Positions 51,751 through 64,000 of a stretch of 64,000 nt of DNA are shown piece after piece. Each line of letters begins with the position of its first letter. The first letter of the stretch is position 1. The notes under the pieces were generated by a model. It saw only the letters and a list, made by a program, of their open reading frames with translations. It was not told where the DNA came from and searched no databases. Position numbers and translations under genes: made by a program. Source of the DNA: the human T2T-CHM13v2.0 reference genome, Homo sapiens. Location: NCBI RefSeq assembly GCF_009914755.1, contig NC_060944.1; one strand, 5' to 3'.

Positions 51751-51772
51751 TCCTCTCTCTTTCTTTCTTTCT
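51585..51772. repeat. (TTCC)n(TTTC)n polypyrimidine repeat within an antisense old L1 remnant (~51300-52480)
   Basis: Repeat directly visible. The flank ctgttcatatcctttgcccattt is L1-like. Confidence 0.9.
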
Positions 51773-52148
51773 GACTAACCTGTTCATATCCTTTGCCCAT
51801 TTCTCTATTTGAATTGTTGGTCTTTTTTTTTTTTTTTTTTTGGTAAGAACTTTTTGGAAATAAGGAAAATTAATCTTTTGTCATGTATTTTGCAAATATG
51901 TTTTCCTTTTGTTGTCTTTTTATTTAGTTTATGACAAGATTTTTTTAGCCATATGGAAATTTTACATTTTTATATCATCTGATTTTTTTTTTTTCCTTTA
52001 GGGCTTTAGGGCTTCAGGTTAAAACAAAAGCTTTTTTCCACTCTAAGATTACAAAAGTAATTCACCTATATTTTCTTCTGGAAACTTTATGTCTTCATTA
52101 CATTTAAATCTTTATTCCATCTTTTATTTATCTCAATATAAGTAATGA

Positions 52149-52376
<228 letters not shown>

Positions 52377-52518
52377 TAAATATCATCTTTTAAATAACTC
52401 ATCTTTATCCACTAATTGGAAATGTCATCTTATACTAATTTTCTATTATGTGTGGATTTGTATTATATTCTGTTGACCTATTCCTGTCTCAGTATTATGG
52501 CTTTAAAATATGTTTTCT

Positions 52519-53089
<571 letters not shown>

Positions 53090-54432
53090 CTACCCCATAA
53101 ACTGTCCCTGCTCACACCATAACAAAAATAATTGAAACAGTGTCACAGCCAAGGGGTACTCTAGGTACAGCATATTTATGGAGAAAGGAGAGATGTTTCT
53201 CCTGGGGGACTGGGGGGTGAGAGGGAAGGTTCCTGGAAGAGATGACATTTACTGTGAATCAAAGAAGTTGGGAGGCTTGCGACAGGTGGAAAGTAGGGAG
53301 GCATCCGGCTGGAAGAGGAGGATGTGGAGAATCCAGGGCTTCACAAGTGCCTGGATTCAAAACACCTGACCTGTGGGCTGGGCCATAGCGCTGACTATCC
53401 ATTTATTCTTTATATTAACTGATTTTTGCATAGCTGCCTGCAACCTCACAGTCAGTTTGACACCTTTGCTGAAATCTAGGAGAAACAGTCCAATACTATT
53501 TCCTCATTCTTCTCTATTTAGATAAATTTTCCATTACGAATACAACTAACTGAGCCTGACTTGTTGAAATACATTCTCCTGAAAACCATGATAAAAGGTA
53601 AAAATTACAATTTCATTATTCTCCTTTTCAAAAAGTCTTGCTTTAAAATGTCATCAGTTAATTCTGCTCATGTCGCTCTCCTATTCCAAAACCTTCAATA
53701 ACTCCCAGTCACCGGCGGAATCGAGTTATAGCTCTCTCTGGTCTGGCGTTGGAGGCCCCACTGGCCTGCTGGCCTTATTTCCTTCTGTTCCTCTCTGGGA
53801 ACTCTGTAGCAGACGGACTCGCCATCTTTTGTCCCCTAGTCACCCATGTGCGACCCCTCCATGCCTTTGACCACACATGTTTTTAGGCCTGTGTTCCTTC
53901 CACACATATGTACAGAGCCACTACCACACACCAGGCGCCATGACAAGTGCAGGTGACATGGCAATGTACAATACAGACTCAGGGTTGACCATAGGGAGCC
54001 TCCAGGCCAGCAGGGGAGAGAGAGATTAAACAAGTGATGTCATGGGATCCTGATCTGCATGCTGGTCATGGGCGGTGTATTCCAGTTTGTACTTGATAGT
54101 CCTGAAACATTCTAGGAAGGAAGTCCCCAGGGTGTGAGAAGGAAGTAGCAGATCTGGGAGGGCTCCACTGAGGAGGTGACATTTAAGTTGGGCACTGAAG
54201 GATGAATGGGTGTTCATGAGGTGGAAAGGTGCCTGGGCTGTCAACAAAGACACCTTCCACCTCAGCCAAATCAAGATCCCTCCACAGACTGCCGCCCAGC
54301 TGGCTCTGAACTGACGCGTTTGTGGTACTTTCTGTTTCCTGCATTAACTTCATTTTCCGAACTGGGCCATTCGCTCTGAGGGCTGGGACAGGTTCTTAGA
54401 AGAGTTACCCTGCACACAGTAGGGATGCATCA

Positions 54433-55455
<1,023 letters not shown>

Positions 55456-56834
55456 GGGGAAACAGCAAGCCAGGTCAGCTTCCATGGCTAAGCAGCCTGG
55501 AGCTCGCTGTAGTCGATTACTGCAACCCACTGGACACCAGGCACCTGTGCTGGGCAGTGTGTATGTGTTATCTTATTTAATCCACCAAATAACAAGGTTG
55601 ATATTCATTTGCCATTGTGCACATGAAGACTAGGGGCTTCTGGGAGAAGATTAAGTGACTCACCCAGTCACCCAAGAGTGGAGAAACTGGCACTCAGAGA
55701 GCAGGTGACACGTCCACAATCATGGAGCTAGAAGCTGCTGGCTGTGCTGGACCAAGATGTGTGGGTCTCCAGGGTGTGTGGTGGGCCCTGCTAAGGTGAG
55801 ACCACTGAGCCAGGCCACGTGGTGCTGCGCTTCACCGACCTCCAGCAGAGCAGGAGGAATCCACCAGTGCGAGTCAGATGCAGCCAGAGATTTCCCTTGG
55901 GCCAAGACCTGGGAATGGGCTAGGACTGCTGTGAGGCCCTGCCTTGGGATGGACCCCAGGGCTTCTCCATACAAGCCTTGGAAGGAGGCTGGCCTTGGAA
56001 GCCTGAAGGGATGAAACTCTAGCTGGCTCTCCGGCAGGTGAGGAGAGGTAAGGACCCTCCACAGGCTGTGGGGGTGTGAGACTAACTTACGTTCACTCGG
56101 TCCAAGGAAGCCATGCAGGGAAACGGGCAGGTTACCAAGAGAAAGAGGCAGGCAGCACCTTCTGCCTAGGCCTGCAGTCCCTTCATGACAGAGCCCACAG
56201 CTCCGGTGTGGATGATGGCCCAAGGCTCTGGGGCCCGGGATGCTGCATGGGGACCTTTCTGGGGCTGAATCTAGTGTGTGGGGTCATGTCCAGGTGTGGA
56301 GGGGAGTGGGCAGCTGCGGACACGCTCTGTTTGCACTCAGGCCCTTGCTCGGTGTGACCTCAGGCAGGTGACTTGACTCTCCAAGCCTTGGTTTCCTCAT
56401 CTCTAAAATGAGGAAACAACAGCAGGGACTTGTTTTTGAAGGTTGCAGTGAGGCCTAAATGCAGCGATAGCTGAAGAGGCCTGGACTGGTGCTGGGCACA
56501 GAGCACCGCCCGAACCATAGTTATGGATAGTGATGGTACTACGAAAACTAAGTAATAACTCAGTCATCAGTCCACACGCATTTATTGAGCCCCTACTATG
56601 CTCCAAGGCCCGGTCCAGGTGCAGGGACTGCAGTGGTGAGATAAGCACACCTGGGTCTGTCCATGTGGAGCCGATGGTGCTGGTGCTGCTGCGGCCTCAG
56701 CTTGTCCCTACCCTGACTGTTGCTTTCTTTTTCCTTTCTCTTTCCCCACCCCTTCCCTTGAGAAATAACAGCATTAAGATTGGAGAGACTAGGGCTCTCT
56801 TTCTTACTAATTCTGTGACTTCAGACAAATTACT

Positions 56835-57166
<332 letters not shown>

Positions 57167-57416
57167 TTACTTAAGCTCTCTAAAGCCGAGCCTCAGTTTC
57201 CCTGTGTGCTGAGGAACTGAATTCTGTGTCTGGGGGTACCCAGCACACAGAAGGCCCCCAACAATTGCTGTTCCTGCTCCCCTGCCTACCTCCCTCTCCT
57301 CTCTTCTTCCTCCCCACTTTCCCCGTTTCCTTTCTTTACCATTCTTTTTCTCTGCCCAAGCCTTCGGCATCTTAACACCCAAAGTGATTGTCAAAGTTTA
57401 GTTGATGGTGCCCAGG

Positions 57417-57795
57417 CTGTGGCAGAGACTGTGAACCAGTTTTCTTGATATTATGCCCTGAATCAACATTCTCCCTTATCTTTTTCAACCACAGAGGGTA
57501 GAAACATGAAATTCTTTCTTTCCCAGCCTCCCTTACAACTGGGAACCACGTGACCCTTTTGCAGCAATGAGACATCAACACAATGCCTCGAATGTGGACA
57601 AGGTTGGAGCAATAGCAGGCAACTTGCAACCATGAGGAAAAGCCTCAATAACATCACAGAGACACCAACCCAACATTGCAAATGGCACCAGCGGCGGCTC
57701 CTCCATTCTTCTTGTTTTAGGAGTAAAATAACTTCATGTTTTGCTATAGTCAACTGGGTTTGGGGGCCTGTAGTCAAAAGCATTCCTGGCTTATT
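57417..57795 (+). mobile_element. Old MaLR LTR (MLT1-like) remnant
   Basis: tgtggcagagac start, ttcccagcctcccttacaactgggaaccacgtgacc, and an aaagcattcct end. Confidence 0.5.
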
Positions 57796-58535
57796 CACAT
57801 GGCTCCTGTCCGCGGGTGGACTAGATGGCAAGGATCCCCCACTCCCATGTGGCCTTTTCTCTTTCAAGAGGACACAGGAGCCTCTTGACTCTTTGAAGAG
57901 GACACAGGGGTGCTACGCTACGTCCAGGCACCTGCTGTGCGTACTGTGGTGCCTGGGGAGCAGACAAGCATTTAGTTCCCTCACTTGTGGACTCTGAAGG
58001 AGGGAAAACTGTCACGGCTGCAGCACAAGTGTGCCTGGGCACTTCCTCAGCCACAGGAGTATCCCAGTTAAAGAACATCTTCTGTTTCTATCTTATCTCT
58101 TGAGGTATTTAGAGCCATTCTAAATGCCAGAGCCTTAGAATGACCATGGGGCTGGCAGGGCATGGGCTCTGTGACTCATATCTGTCGAGGAGGCTGCTTG
58201 TGGTTGTGCTGGATCGAGCCCCTCTCCTTGACTATCTTCGGCACCGCAAGCCAAAGCTCAGGGCTGCCCGGGCCTATTCCTGAGGTGGTGCAGGAGAGGC
58301 AGATGGGCTGCTGGGGACGAAAGGGGTAGGTAGGCGGGCTCTGGGCTCCGTGCCCAGCATTGCCAGCAACATGCCTGTCTGCTGCTGACCCCTGACCCAC
58401 TCAACTTCCTCCCCAGAAGACAGTCCCTTGAAGAAAGGGGTTCCTCCATCAAAATGTAAAATTTGAAAGCCACAGATGTCTGACCCAAACCTGCTGATCT
58501 AGTAACAGGGAAGCTGCAGCATGAAGAAGTTAGAT

Positions 58536-58790
58536 GGCTGGGGCGCAGTGGCTCACGTCCCAGCACTTTGGGGAGGCTGAGGTGGGGGAATGCTTAAGCC
58601 CAGGAGTTCAAGACCAGCCTGGGCAACATGGCGAGACCCCATCCCTACAAAAAATACAAACATTAGCTGGGCGCGGTGTTGAGCACCTGTGGTCCCAGCT
58701 ACTCAGGAGGCTGAGGTGGGAGAATTGCTTGAGCTCAGGAGGTCAAGGCTGCAGTGAGCTGTGATCATATCACTGCACCCCAATAAAAGA
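58536..58790 (+). mobile_element. AluJ-like
   Basis: Alu body with an aagaagttagat duplication. Confidence 0.85.
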
Positions 58791-59376
58791 AGTTAGATGA
58801 CTCGTGGGGCAGAGGCACACCTAGAACCAGAGTCGCTGGACTCCCTCTCAGGTGCTCATCTCCACTTTCGACCTGAGACAGGCCCAGGTCCCTGCCCTGC
58901 TTCCCTCTGGCAGAGAAAGATCACCACTAGGCTTCACATCACAACACATGTGCACCCGGCTGGCAGGCCCTGGGAGAGCTGCCTTTGAAGACGGCTCCCA
59001 GGCATAGCTCCCCCTTACTCCTCTATCTGAGCCCCACTGCTGTTCCTACCCCAGGGTCTTTGCATGTGCTGTCTCCTGTGCCTGGAAAGCCCTCCCACTT
59101 CATCTCTGCAGGGCTGGCCACTTCTCACCATTCAGGCCTTGGCTCGGATGCTGCCTCTTCAGAGAGGCCTTCTTGCCCTGAGGCACAGTCTGTCATCTTA
59201 CTCTATTTTAATTATCTACCCCAAATTTCCTCCTTTTGCATATTTTTTTATATTGCCTTGTTTATCATCTCCAGGCCTGTGAGCTCCTAGGGATGGGTAC
59301 CTTATCTGTCTCATTCACTGTGGTATCTTCCGTGCTTGGAATGACCTCCAGCATGTAGTAGGAACCTCGGAAATGA

Positions 59377-59705
<329 letters not shown>

Positions 59706-61340
59706 TAGGAAATTTCTTTAAAACTACATAATGCTGTGTTGCAGGGAGGACAAGGGTCTGGTCGGCCGTGAGCAGCAGCTGTGCTGTGTGCCTCTCAGTC
59801 TGAATAGGGGTCGGGGAGCTACCCGCCTGCCGGGATCCACACCCAGTCACCCCGAGCAAAACAAAGCAGACAGCACAAATTCACAAAGCAATACTGTGCC
59901 CTCCTACCCTCAAAAAAAAAAAAAAAAAAAAAAGCCCGATAATGAGGTAAACACAATCATGACCAGGAAAAAGCTTGGCCATGCTTCTTCCAGTCCACCC
60001 AAAGCCATTATCTCTAATTGATCTCCAGACATCAGCTGCTGAAGCGTCTGAAACCCTCCTGCACCCTCCAGGTCTGGTTACAAAGCCCTGGCCCACCCAC
60101 CCGCCCCATGGAGTCAGGTCTCCTGGAGCTGCTCTTTGCTGGGGGTGACAGGGCCTATCTGGGCCCCACATGAAAAGGACCCATCAGGCTGACAAGAGTC
60201 AGGGTGGGTCAAGAACCTGTGTAAAAGTCACAACCACTAAATGCTCAGCTGCCAGGGGGCTGAGCTGCCTGAGTTTCAGTGCCTTAAGTAGAAGGCTTGA
60301 CAAAGCCATCAGGGGTCCCGCATTCAAAATAAAAAGCAAGGAAAACCAGGGACGGCTGCAGAAAAGCACCCTGCCCAAAATATCCCACTAGTTCTGGGTG
60401 AAAGAGGCACCCGAAAGCTGGAGTGAGGAGTTTAGTTGCAAAACGGAACGGGACTTAGCCACAAGATCACGAATCCCTTCTGGGTCTTGGTTAGGCTGTG
60501 GCGGTCACAAGGGCAGCCATCAGTACAGGGACCATCTGGATGTTTTGAGCTGCTCCTTCCTGGCCCAGCCCAGGAAAGACGTCTCCTTTCCTGTTAGGTC
60601 TCTCTTGTCCTTAGAAACAGACCGGAGTCAGCTCCCTGGGCTGCCTGGCAGGGGTGTTTTACTGCCAGAGCTCTGACAGGACAGAGCCACTTCCCCCCTT
60701 CATTCATGGACGCCCAGGTAGCAGCTCCTGACCTGTGCAAGCTTTTCCCTTGACACACACAAAGCGTCCCGAGGCCAGCCCTGCATGCAGTATTGCTGCT
60801 TATGGCACCAGGCAGCTCTCCTGCTTGCACCAGTAAATTACGAGTGCTTCCTGCATTTTTTCCCCCAGATAATAAAGTTGAAAGGCCACCTTGGCATTCT
60901 CGCATTTGTGGGGGTGGAGGTCTGCAGCCCGGAAGGGGCTCGAGCCTCAAGGAGCTGCTGGGGACAATGAGCTGTTCAGGTTCGGGGTATCTGCCAACCC
61001 CACCAGACACTGGCTCTCCAGACAGGGTGGTGGCTGTTTTCCACTTTCCCACACAGCTTCAGGGAAGTGAGAGGAAAGAAAAGACACAGACCTCTCCCAG
61101 CTCAGGTTGCCCTCACAAAACAGAGGAAATGCTCATTTTCTGTGAGAATTTGGAAATTGTAGTAAGTTTCTAGAAAGCACCCCAGGATGTTCAAGAACAT
61201 ATACTGATTGCAAAAATAATGTCCCATAACAAAAGATGTTTGACAATGAGCTTTTCACGCCTCTCTCTGTTCTCTTAAAAAAAAAAAAAAGCTTTCTGAT
61301 AAATCATTCCCTCTCAAGTTTAGAAATGCCCTATTTTCAC

Positions 61341-64000
<2,660 letters not shown>

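Noticed and set aside
51442-51812. KERK/FLSF repetitive ORFs
   Set aside because: Translations of the (TTCC)/(TTTC) repeat.

Overview
Mammalian genomic DNA, very probably human chr20q11.21 (primate Alus, recognisable proteins). Bases 1-197 are the end of the ASXL1 coding sequence (C-terminal PHD finger, + strand), followed by its ~2 kb 3'UTR. Converging on it is NOL4L (C20orf112) on the - strand. Seven coding exons (37586-37478, 19258-18981, 16624-16439, 16358-16167, 15869-15747, 15300-15099, 10679-10459) splice at canonical GT-AG sites into 1311 nt, i.e. 436 aa plus stop. NOL4L has a ~4.5 kb 3'UTR and a CpG-island promoter near 45.4-47.8 kb. The rest is intronic: Alus, MIR/L2/L1 remnants, MER33, an MST LTR and simple repeats. 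I see no prokaryotic-type system, CRISPR array or RNA gene, and nothing I can call an established new system. The best leads are: (1) a perfect 44-bp-arm palindrome that appears to interrupt an AluY target-site duplication (24587-24679); (2) a 51-bp minisatellite whose units are hairpin-like and carry 5' splice-site motifs in the NOL4L sense; (3) two candidate first exons in frame with NOL4L; (4) a series of CtBP-type PxDLS motifs, the best of which would be lost on last-intron retention; (5) paired miRNA 8-mer sites in the NOL4L 3'UTR. Repeat family labels come from recalled consensus sequences, and repeat boundaries are approximate.
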